DNA of 64,000 nucleotides from Phoronis australis (taxonomy: Eukaryota > Animalia > Phoronida), in NCBI GenBank assembly GCA_002633005.1, contig NMRA01000077.1, positions 1 through 64,000 on the forward strand, in the 5' to 3' direction. Under the pieces are notes generated by a model. The model saw only the letters and a program-made list of their open reading frames with translations. It searched no databases and had not been told where the DNA came from. Shown in pieces: positions 40,301 to 53,496 of this stretch. Numbering within the stretch: position 1 is the stretch's first letter; every line of letters begins with the position of its first letter. Made by a program: the position numbers and the translations under genes.

Positions 40301-41520
40301 TCGAGCAAACTGCGACAGATTTTCATGGATTTGTTCAAATTATCTTGACTGAATCGTCTCCAGACTTATGGTATGAGTTGTTTATAACTCCATGTGCATA
40401 TATGCATGTTTCATTTGTTTTTATTTCCTGTATTTTGAAACGAGTAACTTTTTGTGGGATGTACTATCGCCCCTGTAGGTATGCCTGAGGCGTCCAGGGC
40501 GATGTAATTGCCTATTGGGCATGATGGCCGTCACCCACGAATATTTCAAGAGGTTTTCCGTTTTCGTATATCCCACGACACCTCACTGAGAATTTGCCGG
40601 AATTATGATAGAATGAAAGGTGTTCAAGCGCTGCTTGTTCTGGTAGGTTGAAATCTCCCGTCTGTATACATAGGATCTGCAGGTGGCGCTGAACGTCCGT
40701 CTACCAAAGACCTCGTCGCGGTCTGATGCAAAATTATAATTTAAAAACTTCTTGAAAATTCACTTGAAATGTTCTGCATTTTTCGAACAGGTTTTCAAAA
40801 TTTCACCCATATGAATTATAAGGTCAAAACGCATTTTAATTGGTTCTGATGTGAAGATTTTTTGAAAATTAATACTGTGATGTTGAAGTTTTTAGTTTTC
40901 ATAATTTTCAAAAAAAAATCATTCTGTTGCCACTCAAATGAGTCGGGGTCATTCTTTCTTTGTTACCCCAGCGCCACTTGATGTCAGATAAAATGGACCC
41001 TCATGCTTGTTTCCACAGTTTAAACGCGCAGTAACGCGCTTGACTACTTTTACCTGGGGAGCCTTCCGACACCTGTTCTTAACCATAAAGATAATGTAGG
41101 ACCTTATCAACAAGTCTGCGTAATAAGTCAAATATCTACAAAACTACACTTTTTAATTAACGAGGTGAAAGTGCGTATTTTCTGAAAGTACATTTTAGAA
41201 TTTGATCTTTGACTACAACTTCTTCGGTCTCGTGACCATATCATTTTAGTAAGTTACAGCAAGAAGAAATCAACATTCATAACCAAACACAGACATCATT
41301 AACATGACAAAATTTCGTTTGATCAAAATATTCGTAAAGATAAAATCTAAACAATGCTGTTAAAGTTTCCTGAATTCTCATTCAAGCTTTGTTTTAGTTT
41401 GATGCTATTTTTGATTTTTTTTCATAAAAGCCATAAAAGTTCAAATTTTAAAAGCCTCTAATGCAAACGTGGAGCATCTAAAAACAATTCTTAACAGCGT
41501 TTTGGAAAACAGTGCATAAA

Positions 41521-41806
41521 CAGTGGCGGATCTAGGATATCATAAAGGGGAGAAACATTTTGTCTCGGGCAAACGCGTAAAGCCAGATTGCATGCACGCA
41601 ACCAGCCTAAAATATAGGGTACTCGAATTTCTGAGGATGTGGACTTTTTACTAGAAAACAAACGGACACTTGCAGTTGGGTCTGAGCCCCCTCAGCCGCA
41701 TGTTAATTACCGAGGTAAATTAATAAACTCAATATTTCTTCACGCTCTTGCTGTTTATTTTTTGCGGCAACCAAGGGAGGCTTGTCCTCCCCTAAATCTG
41801 CCTATG
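41521..41806 (+). mobile_element. Short relative of the 11841-12795 MITE with 5-bp TSD
   Basis: Same ends CAGTGGCGGATCTAGGATATCA / CTAAATCTGCCTATG; ATAAA duplicated on both sides. Confidence 0.85.
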
Positions 41807-42454
41807 ATAAAGCCTTGTATTGAAAAGTTCCAAATGAATCTAATCACCCGGCATTTTAAGGTGTGGAAAGTAAACGCGTGTGAGCAGACAACGAAACACG
41901 ACAGACGACGAAGAATTAAATCAATACAGTTATCATAACTTACAACATGCTGGTCGACAGGCTGTGACCACCAGGGTAACAAAATAGCTTGGTACCAGTT
42001 GACTTCCCCGGCCATAGGCCAGTCTCTTGAAGGGGCTATTGGTTTTTGTCTTTTCACTGTTGAGTTTCTCGAAATATTTTGTCTAGACGAAGAGACTGTA
42101 GATTTCTGTCCTCTGACTTCGAGTTGCAGACATATTTTCCGACGTTCAGCCTCTGTTTTCATGAGACAGGCAAATCCATTCGTACACTGATTTTAAGCCG
42201 ATAGCCAAATTATTCGGTAACAATCATTATAAATAGTCTCTTGGAGAAACAGGCCCCCTACACACCTCGCAGCGCCGTCTGGTAATCATGGTCAGAATCG
42301 CAGGTGCAGTGTATCAGTAACTTATACCTGCAGTAACCTGTTGGTCCAGGACTTGAGCTATTTCTACTATACATGTACCGCCACTCAGCAGCAGCACTTA
42401 CGGAGTCAACGGTAAGGCTACCCTGGCAAAGCGATAATAGTGACTATAACTTAC

Positions 42455-42530
42455 CTGCTGCTAGCAAAACCAGCATCCACACTATAAGCGTACCTAAGTG
42501 CCATAAATCAGATGACTGTAGACGGAACAT
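42455..42530 (-). CDS. Ly6/uPAR protein, exon 1 (signal peptide)
   Basis: ATG at 42530, MFRLQSSDLWHLGTLIVWMLVLLAA plus G, consensus donor CAG|GTAAGT; phase 1 joins exon 2 to give ...LLAADTEPLKCYVC; the pairing across 18.5 kb is inferred. Confidence 0.72.
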
Positions 42531-44659
42531 TCTGCACTCGATCCAGCCTTAGCAGTAAGGTAATGAATTATAAACTAAGCCGTGATCGCTTCACAGGCCT
42601 ATAAAATATGAATAGTGTTTTCCATCACTCAATGTGGCACTTGCCCGATTTATAAATACAACGCAAAGTCGCAGTGCGATACGTGGTAACTATAAGCTTT
42701 CCTTTGACAACAGAGAATATTTAAACGCAGGAACGACCGCAACAACAACAATAAAATTAAAACGCGCTCGATCTATATGTCAGCAAGTGCTTAGATAAAC
42801 ATTTTCAACAGTGCATCAATTTTATGTCCGTTTGTACAAATATTGATAATCTGTGATTCGCTTTATTGTGGCTGTGTTTATAGAGCACACTTGTTGGGTT
42901 GATGGTTGGGTGTACATTCATTTCCATTTCATCCAGTCAAGGCTTTTTCTGGTGTCATTTGATTTAATTACTAAAAACCCTTTTGCACTGATAACCATGT
43001 AAGTTGCATAGGATGTTTTACAACAGGTGAGATTTCAACACTTCAGTAACTTTAAATTGAATGAACTCCAAATAGTCTATCGGTCATGCCTTTACGGACC
43101 GTGCGAAATTAACCAGGGTACCAATCGGTCTCATTCACAGCCCACAGGACACTCTGTTTAACTGCATGCGTCCTTTTCATTATGAGTTCTTAATTCCTCT
43201 CTTTACGAGCTGTAGATCATTGCTAAGACACCAAATCAGTTTTTGTTAAGCTTACGCAGTTCTTATCTCATGAACCCCATTGAACAACTCGTAAAATAGA
43301 AAGGTATTGTCCTGACACGGAATTGAATAGTTTAATTATTTTTTGTTTTGTAAGTTCTGTAGAGTTTATTGCTCAGCACTCAGGCCACTAACGAGTTTTA
43401 TGGTCTGGGCTCAACATGAGGGGTAAATACATGTAGATTGCTAGTTTCCTTGCCAAGCATTACCCGTTTCTTCGCTCTCGTTTAAATCGGCTTCAGTGCA
43501 TATCACGAATCTCCAGTGATACAATAACCCACCCTAGTGCATGTACTTGTATAACATATAAAGGTATTTATAAATTACATATGCTGCTCCAATGGCTCCT
43601 AATAATGATAATAATGACGTCGAATGTAGTTGGTAATCTTACCTCAAATTTAACTTTGCGATGAAATTCCGTTTTATTGTATGACAGAGGACATTGTACT
43701 CACACCATGCAACATTTACGGTCGTGAAAGAGAAGTTCGATTGTTGTTTTATCGGCACAGCGTTGAACGTGTATCATTTGCCAAGTACTGCGTTATTGGT
43801 GCAGTAATCCCCGAATTATTACACTAAAAATTTTTTAGTCAGTCTGAATAAGAGTAATTGTAGCCTAACACTGATGAATATCTATTGCTGTATAAAACAA
43901 TTATTACTGGAATTCGTGTGTATTACTGTCATATATATATTTCTCATATTAATGACTAATAAAGACAACAAATATTCATTGCAGTAATAAATATGTAGCA
44001 TTGTATTTTATCAGCCAGTCGCAATGATGCAGTAAAACAGGCCCGTAGCCAGCACTGAGCCGGGGGAGGTGTTTCGAATTTCTAGAGCGGTGGACCTTTG
44101 ATATTTTGCAAACGTCGACACTGTAGAGTTTTCGGAAAGGCCTTTGACGCAGCTTAATTGGGGGGGGGGGGTATGTATACACAACGATGACTCTCAGTTC
44201 TATGTTTATGAGATGAGACAGAATTTGAAATACCAGAAATGAGGATGCTGTGACGGTTGCTAGCAAAGAACGGGACACAAATTCGGATGCATTGCAGTCC
44301 AGAAAGAGAACGGTCTCGAATTACCTTCTGCCAAAATTTCAAATCAGTCGTGCTTAAATGAGTGATTACACCTCATTACATACTCGGACGGAAATATGAA
44401 GTTTAAACGGCGAATGACTTGACAAAATTGTTTATCCGGTTGTATTTTGCGTGTTATTTAAGTTGCTTACATCGCTGGATATGGAAACAGCCCACTGTTC
44501 TGAAGGTTCATTACTCAGAAGGTTCACTACTCCGAAAATATCTAATATAATTTTTATGCTTCTGCATGCAAAAGTAAACGATACTTCGGTTATTAGATGC
44601 GCTGAGTGGTGTACATGTACTAACACCGTCGGGAGCTACTGATTTCATGCAGGTACGAA

Positions 44660-45160
44660 ATTGCCCGCATATCTAGCAAATACGGGAAAATGAGTTCGTT
44701 CTTGCATTTTTAAAATCAGGATAGTTCGGTAGTGACCCTTCTTTAACACAAACTTCGTTGAAAACACGACAAAACGTTTGGTTGGAAAGCTTGATACAGA
44801 GTCGCTCGAGCATGTAGTGTCGAAACGATCCCTTGTCTTCAGAAGTTGTAGCAAAACACTGAGAGACGTAACAAACAAACAAATTAAAACGATGGCTATA
44901 TTTCAAAACTGCATATCTCATCATCAGGCAATACATGTAAGTGGAATGAACATACACGAAGCGAAGTAAACAGTGAAAGATACACATGACAGCGGGAAGA
45001 GGGGCATACAAGCAGAGAGCGTGAATGCAACACACGGTGGGAAGCCCACAAGCCTATCAAAACAGAGCCAACGTTTGGTACACACCTGTGAGCTGTTCGT
45101 CATTCAAAAGGGGTTGATTGTGACTGATCACTAGAGGTTCCAAAATCTTTAGCCAGAATG
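44660..45160 (-). mobile_element. Penelope-like element fragment in partial-tandem form (ORF C-terminus, pseudo-LTR, ORF N-terminus)
   Basis: KILEPLVISHNQPLLNDEQLTGVYQTLALF* (GIY-YIG tail), then a UTR with CTGATGA...GAAA, then LERLCIKLSNQTFCRVFNEVCVKEGSLPNYPDFK (typical PLE ORF start). Confidence 0.65.
44891..44933 (-). ncRNA. Degenerate minimal hammerhead ribozyme motif
   Basis: ATTGC-CTGATGA-T-GAGA-tatgcag-TTTT-GAAA-TATA-GCCAT: core boxes present, stems I and II imperfect. Confidence 0.4.
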
Positions 45161-45656
45161 TGACATATACCTTCGGAATAGTGACATGTAACTTTGGAAA
45201 TCTTTCCCATCAAATTCGTCGCTCGTATAAAGTTTGCGAGGCTGCGTACAACTGACACTAATTAACAACAGAATACTTTTTACATTGAACAAAGTTTTCA
45301 TTAGGTCTAGACCTACTTTTCCCTAATATTGCACGAACACACGGAAGTTAAATTTAATAATCTATATTTATCTACTACCAGTACGTGAAAATAAAAAGCC
45401 TTGTAATCAGGAACCGTGGCGTCAGATCCTCACGTGATCTGTCTAAAAATAACCCGAGCTATCAGTTTTCATGTCCCCTCAACAATGCAATAAAATTTTC
45501 GTTCAATTTTTTTTTTCAAAACCCTGACATCCAGTGCTATATAGATCCAATAGAACTGAAGGACGTTCTATCGTATGACATACCGCATATACACTGTCTC
45601 AACCTGTTCATTTCCGCCAAAGTAGCATGGAAATGAACTCACTTGTTCCAAAATAG

Positions 45657-45740
45657 TGGACAATTACATAGACATTACTGTAATTATTGTTTATTACTGT
45701 ATCACATAGACATTACTTTCATTATTGTCTATAACTGCGC
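45657..45740. repeat. Left piece of a 38-bp-unit degenerate tandem array
   Basis: gacattactgtaattattgtttattactgtatcacata unit, same as 47345-48190. Confidence 0.7.
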
Positions 45741-45789
45741 GGCGGAACGGCCTGTCGCCCATTACCGCGAGTCACTATTCTCATTCTAG

Positions 45790-45887
45790 CTTAAGTCACA
45801 TATTCTTAGTTAAAATACACGGCAATATCTCACGTAATCTCGCGGAGTCTTGTTTTTAGCGAGGTCCTAGCTTACTTAACGGGAGGC
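45790..45887. mobile_element. Terminus of the GCTAGGACCT fold-back family
   Basis: tttttagcgaggtcctagcttacttaacgggagg is shared with 55770-55805 and, inverted, with 1514-1545. Confidence 0.6.
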
Positions 45888-45946
45888 TGATTTGTCGGAG
45901 CTTGTAAAGTGTGGCTCTGTCGTTAATATACACATACGCACAATAA

Positions 45947-47324
45947 TCAGGTGTCCCAAAAAGTCATCCATTTTGACAAGTAACGTCTCAGCAATAAAGC
46001 AACCGAATTCGATCAAAAGTTTCAGAATGTATCTTTAGGTTGTCATCAACTAGTCTACGAAGAATCTCAGAGAAATATAAAAAATTATGGAAGTACTGTG
46101 AATCTCAGTACAGCAGGGTGAAAATGCAATATCACTGTGACTTTCATCGTGTTCGTGCTGTGTTGGCATCTGCCAGTTAAAAAATTGCCTTTCCACTGTA
46201 AATAGACTTATTGCTAAAGTATGCAGCACGTGGTCTGCTGCGCGTAAGTGACAGTGGGAGACCCAAGACTGCATTTTCGAAAGAAACACCAGGACTATGC
46301 TGAGGAACTGATTCCATCGCAGGAGGATAGTCCAGGGAATCACAAATCTGAGAGAATTCGCAAGCGATTTACAAGTGAGCAAGTCTTCTGTGCAAAGAAT
46401 GGCAAAAATGGAACTAAAACCCTTCAAAAGAGTGTGTTTATCACTGGGAGATCAAAATGTTAGAAGGAAAAGAAAAACTCAATGCCGCTACTTGCATGAC
46501 CGCTATTCAGCCACTGATGAGAAAAGAATCATTTTGACTGATGAAAAAGACTTTACGCTAGAAATCGAAAAAAATTGCCAAAACGATCGCGTTTCTGGTA
46601 AATGAAACGAGAAATTCAACCTTCTCGACTCTATCACAAGACTTCCAGATTTTCCAAAATGTAATGGTTTCCGCTGGAGTACCCTGGGAAGGAAAGCAAA
46701 TATTCACATATTGACAGTGATAGAGCCAAAGTCAACAGTCAACGTTACATGCAGTTATTGGGTGAAATCTTCTGCCGGATTGCAGGCGACTTTTTCTTTG
46801 AAAGAATTATGTTTTTCAACAAGATGAAGCTCCGCGCCATCACACATGAGCAATAATAATAATAACCCATGCTCATCTGTAAAACGGATGAGTGGCCTCC
46901 GCTCAATCCTTGCTGCAATCCAATGGACTACATTGTATCCATGTGGAACTCTCTGAAGGAGAACGTTTACCGGGGAATGAGAGGCAAATTCACTGAGAAG
47001 GAAAGACAGAATAATTATGTCAGGGGAGGAAATCTCGATGGAAGAAATACGGAAAAGCTTTTCTGGTTGGAAGAAACGGCTCGTGGAGGAAGATAGAGGC
47101 CACATTGAGTATAGACTCAAATAAGCGAGCTTCATTTAATATTTTATTTTTGACCCGATGTATTAAATTTGACAGTACTTGTATAATTGGACGCAAAAAT
47201 CTTTGTTATTTGGCAAATTTGTTGATGATATCTTAAGGTTCATCTGTCAGAAATCTAACAGAATGGGTTTATCCGTTGCTTCGAAATTTCTTGTCAAAAG
47301 TTGCTCACTTTTTGGCACGCCTGA
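45947..47324 (+). mobile_element. Tc1/mariner-superfamily transposon, maT (DD37D)-like, defective
   Basis: TIRs TCAGGTGTCCCAAAAAGT / ACTTTTTGGCACGCCTGA then TA; transposase remnants IILTDEKDFTLE..NCQNDRV, VMVSAGV, YVFQQDEAP and WPPLNPCCNPMDY. Confidence 0.8.
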
Positions 47325-47344
47325 TATAAGATTAAACTGCAGTC

Positions 47345-48190
47345 GCTACATGGACATTACTGTAATTACTGTTTATAACCGTATTACATGGACATTACTG
47401 TAATTATTGTTTATAACTGTATTATTTATAAATTACTGTAGTTACTGTTTATTGCTGTATACCATGGACAATTCTATGATTATTGTTCATAACTGTATTA
47501 CTTCGACATAATATAATTATTGTTTTTAGTTAAGTTTCCTAGACATTACAGCAACTATTGTTTATTACTGTATTACATAGACATTACTGTAACTATTGTT
47601 TAGTACTGTATTGCATAGACATTGATGTAATTATTGTCTGTAACTATTGTATAGATATTACTGTAATTATTCTTTATTACTGTATCACATACACATTATT
47701 GCAATTATCCTTTATTACTGTGTCAAATAAACATTAGTGTCATTATTGTTTATACTGTAACTGTATTGCTTAGACATTACCGTAATTATACCTTATTACT
47801 GTAATTATTGGTTTTTACAGTATTACTTAGACATCACTGTTATTATTGTGTATAACTTAATTACTTAAATACTAATGTAATTATTGTTTATTACTGTAAT
47901 GCTAACACATTACAGTACCAATTTTTATCAATGTATTACAGACTTTACTGTAAATGATGGCCATTACCGTGATACATAGATTTTAATGTAATTGTTTATT
48001 TACTATTGTAATACAGACATTTTTATTGCAGACATTACTGCAATTGTTGATTATTATTGTATTAAATAGACGTTACCGTATTACATAGACATGAGTGAAC
48101 TTGTTATTCATTATTGTATTAAATAAATATTACATTTTGTTTTTCATCAATCTATTGCAGAGACATTAATGTAATTATTGTTTATTACCT
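47345..48190. repeat. Degenerate ~38-bp tandem array (~22 copies)
   Basis: Recurrent acattactgtaattattgtttattactgtattacatag. Confidence 0.85.
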
Positions 48191-48899
48191 TTTTAGATAT
48201 CTGTTACAGTAAGTAGGAAATAATAATAAAAAAATAAATAAATACTTAGTACGGAAATGAATAATTTGGTTGCTGGTTATGTCCAGTCCTGATATCCGTA
48301 ATTGCTTTGTTTCTTGATTTTTAACAAAGATAATTTAATTTGATGGGCACTTTTTCTAAAAAAATGAACTTTCAACACAAAATTCAGAGTGCACTGAAAC
48401 TACTAATAAGCTATTAACTAGTCTGGTCTAAGTGTAGTCGAATTAAAAGTGACTCAACTGTCCCCTTCTACGGAATATGATCATGGTGAATGACTGTAGC
48501 CGGCCTTCCCGCAGCCTGGCCCTTGTAGTTGTACTTGCCCGTTCTTTGTCGGTGAGTAATCGCAATTCTATGCCAAGTTTTTACAGATTAAATTTAGTTC
48601 CACCCCACTGGTTCTCGGAAGGAGTAACAGAAATCCAAATGGCCTCCTTAACACCACGCTCGAGCTAATTATTCTCCCTGTCAATAACTTTTTCAATATT
48701 TTCAGACGGAGAATAACTGGTAAACAAACGCAACTAAACGGGGCTTTTTCTATTCGGAGGATGAACGTGAACCCGCCACAATCATTAACATACATGTATT
48801 TCAGTGAAGCCCCATAAACCTGCATTCCACCTCACTGAAAACTAGACCATTTACCGCTATAAAATTGCTACCAAAGAAAGATTACAAATGCAGTTAATT

Positions 48900-49920
48900 A
48901 AAATGCATGGACTAATAATACCTTTTAATATATATATTTTTAAAGTGCACGGTCGTCAATATGTAAAATGATATAAATTTTTTTTGCCAAATAAACATTT
49001 TGCCTATTGCCCAAAAAGATTTCAAGAAGAAGGTGATATATTCATAGTCTTTTAAAACTACTTACGATTTCAAGTTATGTACACTACAGTTTAAACTATT
49101 GCATAGAATATTTGCAACGAACTCTTTTTTTAATGAACTTGGTGGACTTTCTGCCAGTCACACACTGATTAAACAGTGGACCACGTCCTTTTCGAATGCA
49201 ATAACGCCAAAATATTGATAGAAGAATTACGCAGTTGGGTGTTTTTGGTAAAAGGTATTACGTTTCGCAATCATATATTTACCATAATACATAAAAAACA
49301 TTTCTGATACTATAGGTAATCAGTTCAATTCCAAAAAATACTCTACAAGATCTTTCTGTTCAAATAACAGAAACTCCAAAACCCCAGTACCCCTCACAGT
49401 CTCAAAAGAGAACAATTTTGGATAGATAAGCTTAACACACTTGAACCTGATGGATTGAACATAAAGGCTTCTTAAATTATATCCTTTACTTTTTTCCGCA
49501 GCAATGTATCGTGTTCATTACGCCATATATCAGATATCAATGATTTTACTTTATGTCAGTTTTTGTTGATGAAGGATGATATTATATCCGAAAATTTCAG
49601 AGATCCATTTTTGTTGTTTTGTTTACATGTACGTATATTTATTTTACTTTGCAGTTTCTGTCATTTCCTTAAGATATTAGAAAGAGAATTTTATATTCAA
49701 AGAAGCGTTTTATTTAGTAATGATAATTTAGATGAATACCACGCAACCTGGAGAAACTGGTTTATCATATTTTTTTCCTGACAACATCCTACAAAAAATG
49801 AGTGGGTATGTTTATGGGGGAGGCGGTTGTGTGTGTGCGTGTGTATAGGTTAAGAGTGACATTGTCTTAATTTTTTGTCTTGTCTTTGTATTTATGTTCT
49901 GTATACAAATAAAAAAGAAA
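48900..49920 (+). mobile_element. L1/Tx1-clade LINE 3' relic interrupted by a Penelope fragment
   Basis: LQFKLLHRIFATN near 49080-49125; C-terminal FLKILEREFYIQRSV...YHATWRNW; A-rich tail at 49907-49920. Confidence 0.6.
49170..49470 (+). mobile_element. Penelope-like GIY-YIG endonuclease fragment
   Basis: FRNHIFTI, GNQFNS, LQDLSVQI and LKREQFWIDKLNTLEPDGLNIK. Confidence 0.7.
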
Positions 49921-51284
49921 GATTAGAGCTGATTTCAAGATTTCAAAAGACATGGCACTTTGTTACGCCTTAAGCCCATATGTTCAGGAATGATAGGTGC
50001 CGTGACATAGGCCTTCATGCGTAAACTGTATCAGTTCGCTAAACAAATTCTTTCCGAATGTGATCATATTAGCCAACTCCAGTTGAGATACAATCAAAAA
50101 GTTCTCCATCGAAGTCCTGACTTTTCTGTAAAAAGTACGCATTAAAGTTAGGGTTATATTTTGCGATATTTTATTTCGCGCGCACAATACGTCTCAATGA
50201 CCGCCAGATGTCAGATTTTGGACCTATTTCGTTTAGTGAAATATTAGCTGAATGATTGGTGTGTCTTCTAACCAAAATGTCACGCGCCAATTTTGACGTG
50301 TTGTACAATTTCCTCAACGGAGATGCCAGTGTATACCGCGGTGCATCGGAAAATAGGAAGCAAGTGATAGTGACACTGAGACAAGACATTTTATTATTTT
50401 CCTGTGCTTTTAACTCCATAATCTTCCATCTGGTTATCGTGACATTGCTGTGTTGTGATTGCTGGCCGGTATGTCATGTGTCGACTTTGTAGTAGTAGTA
50501 GTACCTTTCGTTGTGTGACGAATCTTTGAACACAATTGTGATGTGGTTAATGCTGAGTGTTGTAGTGCCCAGACCTCTGACTTGGATCTGCCACGTAGTG
50601 TGCTCTGTGTACCTCTTTATTTTTCCTGCCGTTAGTAAATGTGTCTGGACTGTGCATAGGCCTACGTGTTTTGCAGCTGCATCTGTCATCGTTCGATAGA
50701 ACATTACTGGATATTTGATCATCAGATCATACATGATGTATACTTGATAGAGGCTGCTATCCGTACAGTAGATACTTCGTCTGACGGTGTTGCGCAAAAA
50801 TGGACCACGGCAATGCCTTGTGCCTTTTTCGTCTACAACCGGAGAAAAAACCGTGGAATTAACATCTGCAAATGTGTGCTGCAGAGTGGCTTGAGCATAG
50901 ATGCGAAGAAAGCACATTGGCTTCAGTTATTTTGGATAGCGCGTTCTCTTACCAGATATATCATCCTTGATGTTGCAAATTATTTATCGACAAGAAACGT
51001 ATTGCAGCTGCCCGTTAACGACTTCAAGATACACTCCCATTGGTGACTATGAATCAAGTAAACAAAGTAGCTTTCTGGCTAAAAAACTAACAATTGATGT
51101 ACCAAGCTGGCTTCACTAAGCCAGCACCCTCTTGCTTTGACTGATTGTTTACTTTTATTGTAGCTTTCAGTTATTTGGAACAGTATTCGCTGGACAATGC
51201 AGGTGCCTGGTACGATCAATCCAGTTTCGAATACTGGACTGTGATTTGATTTCACAATTTGAACCAAGGCGGGACATAAAATCC

Positions 51285-51604
51285 CTCTCCCTTGGCTGCC
51301 GCAAAAAATAAAACAACATGAGCGTGAGGAAATACATGTGTTGAGTTTATTAATCAACCCCGGTAATTAACATGCGGCTGAGGGGGAGGGGGCTCAGACC
51401 CGATTTTAAGTGTCCGATGGAGAGCACCGGTGTAAGCTTTTTCCCATTATTTGTTGTTTTTTAGTCCTCCGTTTGTTTACATTCTCAGAAATTTGAGCCC
51501 CCCTATATTTTAGGCTGGGTGCGTGCATGCAATCGTGCTTTGCGCGTTTGCCCGAGACAAAAATGTTGCCCCCCCCCCCTTATGATATCCTAGATCCGCC
51601 ACTG
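51285..51604 (-). mobile_element. Third copy of the CAGTGGCGGATCTAGG MITE (one end eroded)
   Basis: Ends ...GATATCCTAGATCCGCCACTG; internal blocks shared with 41521-41806. Confidence 0.8.
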
Positions 51605-53496
51605 AGTCAGGTGATTCAGTGTTTACTTTGAATGAATGTGGAAATCTAATCAAAGATAAATTAATACTAAATAACAAACTTTGTATGGTAAATTATTAAT
51701 TTTCCAGGAATGTTTGCGGACGACACTTTCACTGACATGCAGGGTAATGTCCTCTTTGAAAAAAATACCTTTCTTTTATACGGTGTATATGGAGTCACGG
51801 GGATTCCATAAATTGCCGCAGGGTCAAGAAAATCCAAAAGCGTGCAAGTCAGTGTCAGAAAGTTCAATGTACACACTAAGTCCATCTGTTATGAGCTGAG
51901 AATTTTGTTATGATACCGTATTTTGAACTTCGTGTGCCTAAAGCTATTGTTTATGATCCAAAACCAGCTCGACCATTTTCTTGGTTCCCCCTGCCCCGCT
52001 AATTGTAATACACGGCCAGTAACAGTACCAAATCATATGAATTCACTGTCTCACTACCCATCCTACCACCAAACATTTTTCACCCAGCCTTTCATAACAA
52101 ATTAGCTCAAAATTGTTTGAGATTTTAGAAACCCAAACTACTAAACAGCGACTTTTTCCAGCAAATGTCTTGTCAAAAACTGCTTCTCACTCATTTGTAG
52201 GGTTTTTCATCATTATCTAAAAATCACATTTTATCTACATGTACATATAATGTGACTTACAGTATATCTAACTGATCCGCTTGTAATGAACAAAACTAGA
52301 TGTGACAGTCATGGCTGCCAAAACCTTGTGCAATTATATTTTCACTAAGCCATCTACCTTGGACCCTGGGGACTTCTTTTTGACCCAATGAAGAGTTTTT
52401 GGAAGCGGGTTGTATTTTTATCATCCATTTAAATTAACTCAGGTGCCGTTTAAAACATGTTTTGGATTCAATCTTCAAGAGCCAATTTAGAGCCCGTGAC
52501 ATTGTGTTAGATGATAGTGATGATGATGAGGATTTTGATGAAGTTTAGAAATGTACGCACATGAGGGAAACATATGTTGTCATGAAAGTAGTGCCACCAA
52601 AAACTCAACTCAATCAGGTACCCAACAGTGATCAGACATATTTTAAAACTACAAAAATAATTCGGGTGAAATGTTGGAAAACCATGGAACAGCAATTTCA
52701 GTAAATTTCTGAGCACTCTCGGCTGCTTGATTGACTGAGCTTGTGTTCTGGTTGAAGTCCAGTAGTGATGCTTGCTTTCTAAACTGACTCGTTAAAAACC
52801 ACATAGTGCTTTTAAATTACTATTGAATTTAAAGCCTAGAAACCTATATTTCTACTTTTATAGTTATGTTGATTAACGAAATACCCTAAACTTGACAAAA
52901 TACATTTAACGGTTTTGATGTTTCCATCCGTTTCTGAAATGAGGAAGTGACGCGGGTGAAATGGTGAAATGGGTATAAAGGTCCAAAAAGTCCAAAACAT
53001 GTAGAAAAAGGCTGGAATTCGTCGAATGAACAATCCATAGCTCTGAAGGCAACCGTTTTTCTTTTTTGGTTAAAGGTCAACATTCTCAAAAATTCGACCT
53101 CCTATATTGGGCTGGTTGCGCGCATGTATCTTACGAACGTTTGTAAATATATGTTTTCTCAGTCCTTTAAGTTTTTGAGAACTTGTTACACATTTAATAA
53201 AATGTTGGTTGTTTCTAGTGTGAGCCAATGGCTTTAATATAGAAATAACATGGATTTGATTTTTTTCTAGGGTTCCAACAATGGCAACAGGAGCTAAACG
53301 ACATGCGCGACACCTATTGTCCATTGCTGCAGTTAGCCAGACTGGTATCAACACGGGATTGTAGACGAAAATAAACTGGAATTTGATATTCTTAGGCGTG
53401 ACATTCAAGACTAAAGCTTTGTGTACTTACCATCTGTTTAGCGACCTCTCTAGAGCTTGACCCCTTTGGTTGTTGCCGCAGCATGTCAGTGATGCT

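Noticed and set aside
41933-42082. Minus-strand segment with an acceptor-like site and a GPI-like tail (GSQLVPSYFVTLVVTA)
   Set aside because: That frame needs phase 0; joined to phase-1 exon 1 it stops after nine codons
42310-42385. QQVTAGISY cystatin-like motif on the minus strand
   Set aside because: Immediately followed by a stop, with no compatible splice sites or other cystatin motifs
43860-43900. CTGATGA hammerhead-like start
   Set aside because: No GAAA box or paired stem II follows
50474-51046. Overlapping 147-aa and 126-aa ORFs next to a (TAG)n run
   Set aside because: No recognisable motif or splice structure; possibly a retroelement tail but unsupported
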